DNA from: Candidatus Latescibacterota bacterium
Lineage (GTDB): Bacteria > Latescibacterota > UBA2968 > UBA8231
Direction: 5' to 3'
Assembly (NCBI GenBank): GCA_965221775.1
Contig: CBDCSU010000004.1
Coordinates: 448,001 to 512,000 of the forward strand
Length of the DNA stretch: 64,000 bases
Of this stretch, positions 12,487-22,163 are shown one piece after another. The position numbers and the translations under genes are program-made. Each line of letters opens with the position of its first letter. The first letter of the stretch is position 1. The notes beneath the pieces are model-generated. The model saw nothing but the letters and a program-made list of their open reading frames with translations, searched no databases and had not been told where the DNA came from.

Positions 12487-13715
12487 ACGGCGATCTGAAC
12501 CAGCAACTGCTCAGCCAGAGCGAAGCCCTGGAGCCCCGCTTCGCGGGCTGCCGTCGCGTCGCCCTGATCGCCGCCCTGGCCGGCATCGCCCTCACCGCCT
12601 TCGGGTACCTGACCCAGCCCGAGCAGTTCTTCCGCTCGTGGCTCCTCGGGTTCACCTATTGGGTCAGCCTCACCCTCGGCTGCCTGATGGTCCTCCTCAT
12701 CCACCACTTGGCGGGAGGACGCTGGGGATTCGCGGTGCGCCGCATCCTCGAGGCCGGGGCCCGCACCTGGCCGCTGATGCTGGTTCTCGGCCTGCCCGTT
12801 CTGGCCGGCCTGCACGACCTCTATCACTGGACACACACGGAGGTGCTGGCCGAGGACGAGATCCTCCAGCACAAGTCCCCCTTCCTGAACGTGCCCTTCT
12901 TCGTCGTGCGGTACTTCCTGTACTTCGCACTCTGGGGGGGGATGATCCAGCTCCTCCACCGCTGGTCGAAGCTGCAGGACGAGCAGGCCGAGACCTGGCC
13001 CACCCGGAGGATGCAGGTCCTCTCCGGTCCGGGGCTCGTGCTCTTCGTGCTCTCCGGGACCCTCGCCGGCGTCGACTGGATCATGTCTCTCGAGCCGCAC
13101 TGGTTCTCGACGATCTTCAGCGCCATATACATCATCGGGCAGGGCCTCGCGGCCTGGGCCTTCGTGGCCGTCGTCGGCGTCAGCCTCTCCCGCCACGAGC
13201 CGCTGAGCGCCCTGCTGAGCAACGAACGTCTGCGCGACCTGGGCACCTTCATGCTCGGCTTCGTGCTCCTCTGGGCCTACACCTCCTTCTCCCAACTGCT
13301 GATCATCTGGGCCGGCAACCTGCCCGAGGAGATCACCTGGTACTACACGCGCCTCAGCGGCGGCTGGCTCCATCTCGGCTACCTGCTCATCGGCTTCCAC
13401 TTCGCCGTGCCCTTCCTGCTGATGATCTCCAGCCGCATCAAGTCCCGTCTGCGGATCCTCGTCTCCGTCGCCTGCGGCCTGCTTCTCATGCGCCTTCTCG
13501 ATCTCTACTGGATCTCCGCCCCCGCCTTCCAGGGCGGGCAAGCCTCGGCGGCCCCCCACTGGCTCGACCTGGTCATCCCCTTCTCCATCGGATGCCTTTG
13601 GCTCTTCGTTTTCTTCGGGCACCTGAAGGGCCGGTCCCTTGTGCCGCTGAACGACCCGAGGTTCGACTTCACCGCCCTCGCCGCGGAGACGGCGGAGGAG
13701 GGTCACCATGGCTGA
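12483..13715 (+). CDS. actF: Alternative complex III membrane subunit F
   Basis: Multi-TM; DWIMSLEPHWFSTIF, FSQLLIIWAGNLPEEITWY. Confidence 0.9.
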   Translation: MNGDLNQQLLSQSEALEPRFAGCRRVALIAALAGIALTAFGYLTQPEQFFRSWLLGFTYWVSLTLGCLMVLLIHHLAGGRWGFAVRRILEAGARTWPLMLVLGLPVLAGLHDLYHWTHTEVLAEDEILQHKSPFLNVPFFVVRYFLYFALWGGMIQLLHRWSKLQDEQAETWPTRRMQVLSGPGLVLFVLSGTLAGVDWIMSLEPHWFSTIFSAIYIIGQGLAAWAFVAVVGVSLSRHEPLSALLSNERLRDLGTFMLGFVLLWAYTSFSQLLIIWAGNLPEEITWYYTRLSGGWLHLGYLLIGFHFAVPFLLMISSRIKSRLRILVSVACGLLLMRLLDLYWISAPAFQGGQASAAPHWLDLVIPFSIGCLWLFVFFGHLKGRSLVPLNDPRFDFTALAAETAEEGHHG

Positions 13716-14184
13716 TCATCACGGTGCCGCCGATGGACATGTCCACGCCGCTTCGGCCGCGGCGGGCCATGAGGTCACCGACGCCCCGGCCAGCCCCCTG
13801 GCCAAGGTGGGGATCGCGATCGCCGTGCTCATGGTCGTCTCCTTCGTAGGCGTTCTCCTGCTCTTCCGGTTTCTCGTGCACGTGCAGCCCCTGTACGACA
13901 AGGAGGAGCCGGCCCACCCTCTGCGCGACGTGCGGGTCTCCTCCACCGAGCCGCGGCTGCAGCCCGACCCACCGCGGGAGAAGGCCGAGCTGCGGCGCAT
14001 CGAGGACCAACTCCTCACCACCTACGACTGGGTGGACAAGGAGCAGGGGCTGGTGCGCATCCCCGTGGACCGCGCCATCGACCTCCTCTCCCGCCGCGGA
14101 CTGCCCGAGAAGACCGGTACCGGAGCCGCCGTGACAGAGGCCGATTCCACAGGGGCCGCTGCCCCGCCGGCGAGCGAGGAATGA
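13708..14184 (+). CDS. Single-TM accessory protein of the ACIII operon (ActG-like)
   Basis: One TM helix, EPRLQ..P, YDWVDKEQGLVRIPVDRAIDLL; lies between actF and sco. Confidence 0.7.
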   Translation: MADHHGAADGHVHAASAAAGHEVTDAPASPLAKVGIAIAVLMVVSFVGVLLLFRFLVHVQPLYDKEEPAHPLRDVRVSSTEPRLQPDPPREKAELRRIEDQLLTTYDWVDKEQGLVRIPVDRAIDLLSRRGLPEKTGTGAAVTEADSTGAAAPPASEE

Positions 14185-15026
14185 GGGTGAGACCGGGTAC
14201 CCACCTTTCCTCGGCGATCACGGCCTTGACGGCCCTGACGGTAGGGTCTGCCCATGGCCAAGCCCTCGACTCCACGGTGGGCGACCAGATCGGCATCGAC
14301 CAGCGGCTCGGCGAGCGGGTTCCGATGAACCTGGCCTTCCGCGACGAGACGGGAGCGGAGGTGCGCCTCGACGAGATCCTGGACAAGAGGCCGGCGATCC
14401 TGTCCCTCGTCTACTACGAGTGCCCCATGCTCTGCACCCAGGTGCTCAACGGCCTCCTGCGAAGCCTGCGGGTTCTCTCCTTGGATGTGGGCGGCGAGTT
14501 CGAGGTGATCACGGTGAGCATCGATCCCGGCGAGACGCCGGCCCTGGCGGCGGCCAAGAAGAAGGAGTACGTCGGGCGCTACGGCCGCGATGGCGCGGCA
14601 GGGGGCTGGCACTTCCTCACCGGAACCCGGGAGCGGATCGAGGAACTCGCCGAGGCCGTGGGATTCCGCTACGAGTACGATCCCGAGACCGATCTCTACG
14701 TCCACGCCAGCGGCATCATGGTCCTCACCCCGGCGGGAGAGCTGGCCCGTTACTTCTACGGCGTCGAGTACGCGCCGAAGGACCTGCGGCTGGGCCTGAT
14801 CGAGGCGGCGGAGGAGCGTATCGGCAACGCCGTCGATCAGGTTCTGCTGCTCTGCTACCAGTACGATCCCACGACCGGCAAGTACGGCCTGGTGATCCTC
14901 AACAGCCTGCGCGTCGCCGGGGCGGCTACCGTGGCCGTCCTGGCCGCCCTCGTCATCGGCTGGATCCGCCGGGAACGCCGGCAGGCCGGCCGCCCGGCGG
15001 CCAACCCCATTCCGCAACGGAACTGA
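14181..15026 (+). CDS. SCO family copper chaperone
   Basis: YYECPMLC (CxxxC), VSIDP, WHFLTG, HASG, C-terminal TM. Confidence 0.9.
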   Translation: MRVRPGTHLSSAITALTALTVGSAHGQALDSTVGDQIGIDQRLGERVPMNLAFRDETGAEVRLDEILDKRPAILSLVYYECPMLCTQVLNGLLRSLRVLSLDVGGEFEVITVSIDPGETPALAAAKKKEYVGRYGRDGAAGGWHFLTGTRERIEELAEAVGFRYEYDPETDLYVHASGIMVLTPAGELARYFYGVEYAPKDLRLGLIEAAEERIGNAVDQVLLLCYQYDPTTGKYGLVILNSLRVAGAATVAVLAALVIGWIRRERRQAGRPAANPIPQRN

Positions 15027-15041
15027 CCGAGCCCGCATACG

Positions 15042-15977
15042 ATGTCGAAGGAATTCCCCCTCCATCCCGACCTGGCCTCCACTTTCGCCCTGCAGGTGGA
15101 TCTGCTGTACTTCCTTCTGGTGGGGCTCAGCGTCCTCTTCGCGGCGGGCGTGGTCATCGTCCTGGTGATCTTCGCCATCAAGTACCGCAGGCGCTCCGAC
15201 GACGACCGCCCCCATCCCGTCCACGGCTCGATCCCCCTCGAGGTGGCCTGGAGCATCATCCCCCTGTTCATGGCCATCGGCGTCTTCACCCTGGGAGCCG
15301 AGGTCTACTACCGCATGTACCGCTCGCCCACCAACGCCATCGACATCTACGTCGTGGGCAAGCAGTGGATGTGGAAGATCCAGCACCCCGAGGGCCGACG
15401 CGAGATCAACGAGCTCCACATTCCCGTCAATCAGCCGGTGCAGTTGACCATGACCTCGGAGGACGTGATCCACGCCTTCTCGGTGCCCGCCTTCCGCACC
15501 AAGAAGGACGTCGTGCCCGGCCGCTACAACACGATCTGGTTCGAGGCCACCAAGACGGGCGAGTACCACCTGTTCTGCGCCGAGTACTGCGGCACCCAGC
15601 ACTCCACCATGATCGGCACGGTGTACGTGATGGAGCCGGAGGACTACCAGGAGTGGCTCGGCGGCGGAGTCAGCGGCGAGACCATGGCCGAGGCGGGGGA
15701 GCGCCAGTTCGAACAGCTGGGATGCGCCACCTGCCACAAGGCCGAGTCCATCGGCCGCGGCCCCACCCTGGTCGGTCTCTTCGGCGAGCAGGTGGAGCTC
15801 GCCTCGGGCGATATGGCCCTGGTCGACGAGAGCTACCTGCGCGAGTCGATCCTCGCGCCGGCGACGAAACTGGTGAAGGGCTATGACCCGATCATGCCCA
15901 CCTTCCAGGGGCAGATCAGCGAGGAGACCCTGCTCCAGCTCATCACCTACATCAAGTCCCTCGGCGCCAGCGAGTGA
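15042..15977 (+). CDS. coxB: Cytochrome c oxidase subunit II with C-terminal cytochrome c (caa3 type)
   Basis: DVIHAF, CuA motif CAEYCGTQHSTM, heme motif CATCH. Confidence 0.95.
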   Translation: MSKEFPLHPDLASTFALQVDLLYFLLVGLSVLFAAGVVIVLVIFAIKYRRRSDDDRPHPVHGSIPLEVAWSIIPLFMAIGVFTLGAEVYYRMYRSPTNAIDIYVVGKQWMWKIQHPEGRREINELHIPVNQPVQLTMTSEDVIHAFSVPAFRTKKDVVPGRYNTIWFEATKTGEYHLFCAEYCGTQHSTMIGTVYVMEPEDYQEWLGGGVSGETMAEAGERQFEQLGCATCHKAESIGRGPTLVGLFGEQVELASGDMALVDESYLRESILAPATKLVKGYDPIMPTFQGQISEETLLQLITYIKSLGASE

Positions 15978-15986
15978 GGCGGAGCC

Positions 15987-17681
15987 ATGACCACGACGAC
16001 AGCTGAACCGACGACCCACGGCAACGGGCACCACGGCGGCGAGGAGGAGAACTACCTCAACGCCCGGTACGGGATCGCCTCCTGGCTGCTGACCCTCGAC
16101 CACAAGCGCATCGGCATCCTCTACCTCCTGGTGACGACCCTGTTCTTCATCATCGGAGGCCTCTTCGCGGCGCTGATCCGCCTCGAGTTGCTGACCCCCC
16201 AGGGCGACGTCCTCGAGGCCGACACGTACAACAAGATGTTCACCATGCACGGCGTGGCGATGATCTTCTTCTTCCTCATCCCCTCCGTGCCCGCCGTCCT
16301 CGGCAACTTCGTCATCCCCATCATGATCGGCGCCAAGGACGTCGCTTTCCCGAAGCTCAACCTGCTCAGCTGGTACTGCTACATCGTGGGCGGGTCCCTG
16401 GCCACCCTGGCCATCATCATGGGCGGCATCGACACGGGCTGGACCTTCTACACGCCCTACAGCTCGACCTACGCGAGCGGCTACGTGGCCCTCGCCCTCA
16501 CCGGGGTGTTCATCAACGGCTTCTCCTCGATTCTCACGGGCGTCAACTTCCTCACCACCATTCACAAGATGCGCGCCCCCGGGATGACCTGGTTCCGGCT
16601 GCCCTTGTTCATCTGGGCCCAGTACGCCACGAGCCTGATCATGATCCTGGGCACGCCGGTCATCGCCATCACCCTGCTGCTGCTGGCGCTGGAACGCGTG
16701 CTCCACATCGGCATCTTCGACCCCAGCCTCGGCGGCGACCCCATACTCTTCCAGCACCTGTTCTGGTTCTACTCGCATCCCGCCGTGTACATCATGATCG
16801 TTCCCGGCTTCGGCGTGATCAGCGAGGTCATCGCCTGCTTCTCCCGCAAGCGCGTCTTCGGATACAGTTTCGTCGCCTTCTCGAGCCTGGCCATCGCCGT
16901 CCTCGGCTTCCTGGTCTGGGGACACCACATGTTCACCACGGGCCAGTCGATCTACGCGGGCATGGTGTTCTCCTTCATCACCTTCCTCATCGCCGTGCCC
17001 ACGGCGGTGAAGATCTTCAACTGGACCGCCACCCTCTACCGCGGGTCGGTTTCCCTCGAGTCCCCCATGCTCTACAGCCTCGGCTTCATAGGGCTTTTTC
17101 TCGTGGGCGGCCTCACCGGGCTCTTCCTGTCCACCCTGGCCACCGACATCCACCTGCACGACACGTACTTCGTCGTCGCCCACTTCCACTACGTCATGGT
17201 GGGCGGCATGGTGATGGCCTACCTCTCGGGACTGCACTTCTGGTGGCCGAAGATCACGGGCCGCATGTACTCCGAGGCCTGGGGCAAGGCGGGGGCGATC
17301 CTGATCTTCCTGGGATTCAACTTCACCTTCTTCCCCCAGTTCGTCCTCGGCTACCTGGGCATGCCCCGCCGCTACCACGTCTACCCCGAGGAGTTCCAGC
17401 TCCTCCACGTCTCGTCGACGATGGGGGCCACGATCCTCGGACTTGGCTACATGGCCCTCTTCATCTGCCTCCTCTGGTCTCTCGTGCGGGGAGCCCCTGC
17501 GGGGCCGAACCCGTGGCGCGCCAAGGGCCTGGAGTGGGAGATCCCCTCGCCTCCGTCGCTCCACAACTTCCATTCCACGCCGGTAGTCACCAAGGAGGCC
17601 TACGCCTACGAGGAGGAGGACGTGACCCTGGCCGATGCCAGCCATGCGCCCGAGAGCGAGCCGGTGGCCGGATCCAGGTGA
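15987..17681 (+). CDS. coxA: Cytochrome c oxidase subunit I (A2 type)
   Basis: [18 protein letters not shown] (YS motif), [24 protein letters not shown]. Confidence 0.97.
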   Translation: MTTTTAEPTTHGNGHHGGEEENYLNARYGIASWLLTLDHKRIGILYLLVTTLFFIIGGLFAALIRLELLTPQGDVLEADTYNKMFTMHGVAMIFFFLIPSVPAVLGNFVIPIMIGAKDVAFPKLNLLSWYCYIVGGSLATLAIIMGGIDTGWTFYTPYSSTYASGYVALALTGVFINGFSSILTGVNFLTTIHKMRAPGMTWFRLPLFIWAQYATSLIMILGTPVIAITLLLLALERVLHIGIFDPSLGGDPILFQHLFWFYSHPAVYIMIVPGFGVISEVIACFSRKRVFGYSFVAFSSLAIAVLGFLVWGHHMFTTGQSIYAGMVFSFITFLIAVPTAVKIFNWTATLYRGSVSLESPMLYSLGFIGLFLVGGLTGLFLSTLATDIHLHDTYFVVAHFHYVMVGGMVMAYLSGLHFWWPKITGRMYSEAWGKAGAILIFLGFNFTFFPQFVLGYLGMPRRYHVYPEEFQLLHVSSTMGATILGLGYMALFICLLWSLVRGAPAGPNPWRAKGLEWEIPSPPSLHNFHSTPVVTKEAYAYEEEDVTLADASHAPESEPVAGSR

Positions 17682-17688
17682 CCAGAGG

Positions 17689-18384
17689 ATGAACACGACC
17701 GCGCAAAACCCGGCTCTCCAGCACCAGTTCGACGACCTGAACCAGCAGTACGAGGCCGCGAACATGGGCATGTGGGCCTTCCTCGCCCAGGAGATCATGT
17801 TCTTCGGGGGGATGTTCGCCGGGTACACCGTCTACCGCTACGAGTACCTGGCGGCCTTCGTCGACGGCAGCAACCGCCTGCCCATCGAGTGGGGCGCCCT
17901 CAACACGGCGGTCCTCATCGCCAGCTCCTTCACCGTGGCCATGGCCGTGCGCGCCGCCCAGACGGGGCGCAGCCGAAGCCTGCAGAACTGGATCCTGGCG
18001 ACCCTTGTCCTCGGCTCGATCTTCCTGGGAGTCAAGTACATCGAGTACTCCCACAAGTACCACGACGGACTGATCCCGGGCGCCAGCTTCGGAGTCTACC
18101 CGGATTCGGGTGAGGTCCACGAGCTGGGGGCCCTGAAACCCCAGCTGAAGATCTTCTTCTCCTTCTACTTCGCCATGACCGGCATGCACGCCCTGCACAT
18201 GGTGATCGGCATCGGCATCATGCTGTGGCTGTTACCCAAGATCCGGCGCGGCACCTACTCGAGCGAGTACTACAGTCCCATCGAGAACTTCGGTCTCTAC
18301 TGGCACTTCGTGGACATCGTCTGGATCTTCCTCTTCCCACTGCTCTACCTCATCGGACGCGATCCCTGGATTCGCCTGCTATGA
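17689..18384 (+). CDS. coxC: Cytochrome c oxidase subunit III
   Basis: [42 protein letters not shown]. Confidence 0.95.
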   Translation: MNTTAQNPALQHQFDDLNQQYEAANMGMWAFLAQEIMFFGGMFAGYTVYRYEYLAAFVDGSNRLPIEWGALNTAVLIASSFTVAMAVRAAQTGRSRSLQNWILATLVLGSIFLGVKYIEYSHKYHDGLIPGASFGVYPDSGEVHELGALKPQLKIFFSFYFAMTGMHALHMVIGIGIMLWLLPKIRRGTYSSEYYSPIENFGLYWHFVDIVWIFLFPLLYLIGRDPWIRLL

Positions 18385-18734
18385 GCGACCTCCAAGCCGG
18401 CCACCATCCTTCCGGAGGCGAGCACCACGTCCTGCCCGTCAGGACGTACGTGACCATCGTCTCCCTCCTCTTCGTCTTCACCGTCATCACGGTGCTGGCG
18501 GCCTTCGTCGAGATGGGCCCCTTGAATACCCCGGTGGCTCTTGCCATCGCCGTCTTCAAGGCCACCCTCGTGGTGTTGTTCTTCATGCACGTGCGCTACA
18601 ACACGCCCCTCATGTGGGTCTTCGCCGCCGCCGGGTTCTTCTGGATGCTCATCATGTTCGCCCTCACCATGCAGGACTACGTCTCCCGCGATTGGGAAAC
18701 GCCGCCGCCGGTGCACTTCCTGGATCTCCTGTAA
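18381..18734 (+). CDS. coxD: Cytochrome c oxidase subunit IV
   Basis: Three TM helices; [21 protein letters not shown]; ATG at 18381 overlaps the coxC stop. Confidence 0.9.
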   Translation: MSDLQAGHHPSGGEHHVLPVRTYVTIVSLLFVFTVITVLAAFVEMGPLNTPVALAIAVFKATLVVLFFMHVRYNTPLMWVFAAAGFFWMLIMFALTMQDYVSRDWETPPPVHFLDLL

Positions 18735-18749
18735 CGGGGGCTCGACGGC

Positions 18750-18792
18750 AAAAAAGAACGCCCTGCCCGGACGGCCGGACAGGGCGTTTTTC
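18750..18792. terminator. Bidirectional Rho-independent terminator
   Basis: A tract, AACGCCCTG..CAGGGCGTT stem, T tract, between convergent coxD and groES-like genes. Confidence 0.85.
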
Positions 18793-18817
18793 CGTGTGTG
18801 GAGCGACTGCGGGTTCC

Positions 18818-19219
18818 TCAGCTCTCCTCTCCTGACGGCTCGAGATCGAAGACCCCCGTCGACCGGATCAGCACGAGGATCGCCGTTTGGGGGACGACGA
18901 CGAATTTCTCGTTGTCGAACTTGATCTCCACCGCCTCCTTGCGCGCGTAGATGGCGTGATCCCCTTTCTGCGCCTGCAGGGGAATGAAGCGCATCTCCGC
19001 CTCCGAGCCCGACTCCGCCCAAAGCACGTCGTCCTCGTCGCCTTTCGGCGGCAGGGGGATTCCCGGGCCCACCTCCTCGATGCGCCCGCTCTGCACGTTC
19101 TCCTTCTCAAGCGCCGTCGGGGGCAGATAGAGCCCCACCTCGGTGCGCTGCTCCTGCTCATCGACGCGTACCAGCACGCGGTCGCCTACGACGAGCAACT
19201 CCTTGTCACCTCGCAACAT
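18818..19219 (-). CDS. GroES/Cpn10-family co-chaperone (orphan)
   Basis: VGDRVLVR, GLYLPP, SGRIEEVGPG, GDHAIY; no groEL in the window. Confidence 0.85.
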   Translation of the reverse strand: MLRGDKELLVVGDRVLVRVDEQEQRTEVGLYLPPTALEKENVQSGRIEEVGPGIPLPPKGDEDDVLWAESGSEAEMRFIPLQAQKGDHAIYARKEAVEIKFDNEKFVVVPQTAILVLIRSTGVFDLEPSGEES

Positions 19220-19272
19220 GGTTCGGATGTCCTCGCTTCTCTCTCTCGGGGGCGCTGCCTTGCGGCCGTGAA

Positions 19273-19301
19273 ATTGTACGGGTGTCCCCGCGGCCCCTCA
19301 A
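19273..19301 (-). promoter_or_regulatory. Putative sigma70 promoter of the groES-like gene
   Basis: Minus strand TTGAGG-N17-TACAAT. Confidence 0.5.
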
Positions 19302-20041
19302 TGGCCGGGGCCGCGATCCGCCGCCGCCGCGGCGCCGATGATTCCCGCCTCGTTGCGAAGCCGGGCGGGTACGATCTCGCAGTCGACGGTCAGGTGGGGC
19401 AGGAACTTCTCGTGTCTCTTGCTCACGCCGCCGCCGATGATGATCAGTTCGGGCCACAGGTAGAATGACACCCTCTGCAGATAGGCGTCGACGCGGGAGG
19501 CCCACCGTTTCCAACTCAGTCTGCGGCGGGTGCGGACCCGCGCCGAGGTCCGCTCCTCGGCGGCCTTGCCGTCCATCTCGATGTGGCCGAACTCGGTGTT
19601 GGGGACCAGCCGGCCGTCGGTGAAGAGGGCCGAGCCGATGCCGGTGCCGATGGTGAGAACGAGGACGACGCCCGAGCGCCCCCGTCCCGCCCCGAAACGC
19701 ATCTCCGCCATGCCCGCCGCGTCGGCATCGTTGAGGACCGAGAAGGGGCATCCCGTGGCTTCCCCGAAGATGGCCTCCGCATTCCTGCCGATCCACGAGT
19801 CGTCGATATTCGCCGCCGTGCACACCTGTCCCTGGCGGACGACGGCGGGGAACCCCGCCCCCACCGGGCCCTTCCAGTCGAAGTGCTCCACGATCCGGAC
19901 CACCCCCTCCGCCACGGTCCCGGGCGTGGCCGGCTGGGGGGTCCTCACCCGGAAACGCTCGCCGAGGAGTCCTCCCCCCGAGCCGTCGACCAGGGCGCCC
20001 TTGATGCCGGTGCCTCCGATGTCGATACCGAGTACGGCCAC
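19298..20041 (-). CDS. ppgK: Polyphosphate glucokinase (ROK family)
   Basis: [64 protein letters not shown]. Confidence 0.92.
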   Translation of the reverse strand: MAVLGIDIGGTGIKGALVDGSGGGLLGERFRVRTPQPATPGTVAEGVVRIVEHFDWKGPVGAGFPAVVRQGQVCTAANIDDSWIGRNAEAIFGEATGCPFSVLNDADAAGMAEMRFGAGRGRSGVVLVLTIGTGIGSALFTDGRLVPNTEFGHIEMDGKAAEERTSARVRTRRRLSWKRWASRVDAYLQRVSFYLWPELIIIGGGVSKRHEKFLPHLTVDCEIVPARLRNEAGIIGAAAAADRGPGH

Positions 20042-20051
20042 GGCGAAAAGA

Positions 20052-21149
20052 CTACATCGGCATGTAGTCGAGGTCGAGGACCCGCTCCACGAGCCAGCCG
20101 ATGCCGAAGAGGAGGATGACGGCGGAGACACCTTGCACGATGCGGAGGTGGGTGGGCCGTCGGGCGGACCACAGGATGAGGGGACAGAGCAGGGCGACGA
20201 TGGCCACCTGCCCGACCTCGACGCCGACGTTGAAGGCCAGGAGGGAGGTAACCAGCCCGCGCGAGGGCAGACCGAGATCGCGCAGCACGTTGGCGAATCC
20301 GAATCCGTGCACGAAGCCGAAGCAGAAAGTCAGGATCCAGCGGTGATCGACGCGGCGCAGCCAGAAGTTCTCGGCCGCCACGTAGGCGATGCTCAGGGCG
20401 ATCCCCGACTCGACGAGGCGCGAGGGCAGACTCACCCACTCCAGGGCCGCCAGGACCAGGGTGATGCTGTGGGCCACGGTGAAGGCGGTGACGATCTTCA
20501 CCAGGACCCCCAGCCGGGAGCCCACGACGATCAGGGCGAGGAGGAACAGGACGTGGTCGTACCCGAGGAAGATGTGCTCCACGCCGAGGACGAGGAAGCG
20601 CGCCGCCTGCGACCAGAGGCTCTCGCGCTCCCAGGCGGACAGGCCGATCCGGTGGACCGGCTCGCCCGCGGAGAGGACGGCGGCCTCCACCGGCTGGCCG
20701 GGGACCTGGATGCGGAGGAGGATGCGGTGGTCCTCGGAGAGAGGGGCCAGGTAGCGGGAGAGGTCCAGATCCAGGCGGTCGGCCCCGGCGGGGGTCTCCG
20801 CCCGGGCCCTGAACCGGGCGACGAGATCGCCCTCGCTGTCGAGATCAGGCTCCACCGTCGCCTGGCCAAGCTCCAGGCCGGCGCCGGCGGCCCTCAGGGA
20901 GATCCTCTTCCGGAGGGTGTCGGCGGCCTCGGAGGCCCCGTCGAGCATCTCCTGCGCCCAGAGGGCTTGATCGCCGTTGCGGTCCAGGCTGGGTACCAGG
21001 CTCCGCAGGTCGAGGTCGTTGAGGGTGACCGAGAGCCGGAGGCTGTCGTCGCCGACGCTCACCAGCGTATAGCTCCGGTTCATCTCGTGAGCGCCGGCGG
21101 CGCCGGCACCGAGACAAAAGGCGAGAATCACTCCACAGCGCAGCATCAT
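20052..21149 (-). CDS. HupE/UreJ family membrane protein with periplasmic N-domain
   Basis: Signal peptide ending AH, GVEHIFLGYDHVLFL, TAFTVAHSITL, FGFVHGFGFA, FNVGVEVGQ. Confidence 0.88.
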   Translation of the reverse strand: MMLRCGVILAFCLGAGAAGAHEMNRSYTLVSVGDDSLRLSVTLNDLDLRSLVPSLDRNGDQALWAQEMLDGASEAADTLRKRISLRAAGAGLELGQATVEPDLDSEGDLVARFRARAETPAGADRLDLDLSRYLAPLSEDHRILLRIQVPGQPVEAAVLSAGEPVHRIGLSAWERESLWSQAARFLVLGVEHIFLGYDHVLFLLALIVVGSRLGVLVKIVTAFTVAHSITLVLAALEWVSLPSRLVESGIALSIAYVAAENFWLRRVDHRWILTFCFGFVHGFGFANVLRDLGLPSRGLVTSLLAFNVGVEVGQVAIVALLCPLILWSARRPTHLRIVQGVSAVILLFGIGWLVERVLDLDYMPM

Positions 21150-21156
21150 CTCCCTT

Positions 21157-21750
21157 TCAGAGGAGCCGGCGGATCACGCCGGCCATCTTGTCGACGCCGT
21201 CCTGCTCCGAGAACAGGAACCGCACCACCCCCTCGCCATCGATCAGGTAGGTACGGGAGGTGTGGCCGATCCCGCCGTCGTCGTCCGGTCCGAAGCCGGC
21301 GCCGTACTGCCGGGCCACCGCCGCCACCGCCTCCGGGGTCCCGGTCAGACCGGTGAGGCGGTACGGGTAGCCGGCGCAGTACGCGGCCAGCGCCTCGGGT
21401 GTATCGTGCCCGGGGTCGACGCTGACGAGGAGCACCTCCACCGCCGGCGCCGGCAGACGGCGGACCACCTCTCCCAGCTTGGACAGGGTCGTCGGGCAGC
21501 TGGCGGCGCAGCGGGTGAAACCGAAGAACAGCAGCAGCGGACGTCCGCGCCGGTGCGAGAGGGAGAAGGCCTCCCCCCTCTGATCGACGAGCTCGAAATC
21601 GCCGCCCAGCTCGTAGCGGTCCAGCGGGGGCGGCTCACCTCCCGCGGCCCCTTCCCCGGAGCCTCCGCATCCCGCGGCGGCCAGGAGGACCGAAGCCCAC
21701 GCCGCCCACCGCAGGCGGCCACGCCCTCCCTGCCGGCAGGAGCGGCTCAC
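21157..21750 (-). CDS. SCO family lipoprotein
   Basis: Lipobox AAGC, GGDFELVDQ, FFGFTRCAASCP, VSVDPGHDTP, HTSRTYLID. Confidence 0.9.
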   Translation of the reverse strand: MSRSCRQGGRGRLRWAAWASVLLAAAGCGGSGEGAAGGEPPPLDRYELGGDFELVDQRGEAFSLSHRRGRPLLLFFGFTRCAASCPTTLSKLGEVVRRLPAPAVEVLLVSVDPGHDTPEALAAYCAGYPYRLTGLTGTPEAVAAVARQYGAGFGPDDDGGIGHTSRTYLIDGEGVVRFLFSEQDGVDKMAGVIRRLL

Positions 21751-22163
21751 TCCGCCGGCTCCAGGAGGGAGTGGATGTAGATGGCCAGGCTCCGGCTGTC
21801 CTCCCGGGACAGGTGGCCGTAGGCCGGCATGTTCCGCCCCACGCCATCGCGTATGGACGCCTCGATCCGCTCCAACTCGTGCCCCTGGCGGTAGAGGCGG
21901 GAATCGCGCAGGTCCCTGGGCGGCGGCTCCTGGCTCGCCGCCAGACGGCCGTCACCGCGGCCCTGCGGTCCGTGGCACAGGGCGCATCCGTGGCGCTCGT
22001 ACAGCTGCCGCCCGCGGCGCACCTCCTCGCGCCGGGGGGCCTCTCGGGGCGGGCGGCTGCCGGCCTCCTCGGCCCCCTTCCCTTCACAACCCAGGGCCAG
22101 ACCCGACCCCACCAGGACGGCCGCCAGCCATGGGCCCCGGGGAGCCTCAGATGCGCGTGCCAT
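21747..22163 (-). CDS. Monoheme c-type cytochrome lipoprotein
   Basis: LALGC lipobox, GRQLYERHGCALCHG, PPRDL, MPAY; start uncertain. Confidence 0.8.
   Translation of the reverse strand: MARASEAPRGPWLAAVLVGSGLALGCEGKGAEEAGSRPPREAPRREEVRRGRQLYERHGCALCHGPQGRGDGRLAASQEPPPRDLRDSRLYRQGHELERIEASIRDGVGRNMPAYGHLSREDSRSLAIYIHSLLEPAE

Noticed and set aside
14022-17828. Very long antisense ORFs (also 45749-49618, 55536-58769, 6921-9218 and others)
   Set aside because: They lie opposite well-supported genes and lack motifs; such shadow ORFs are expected in high-GC DNA.
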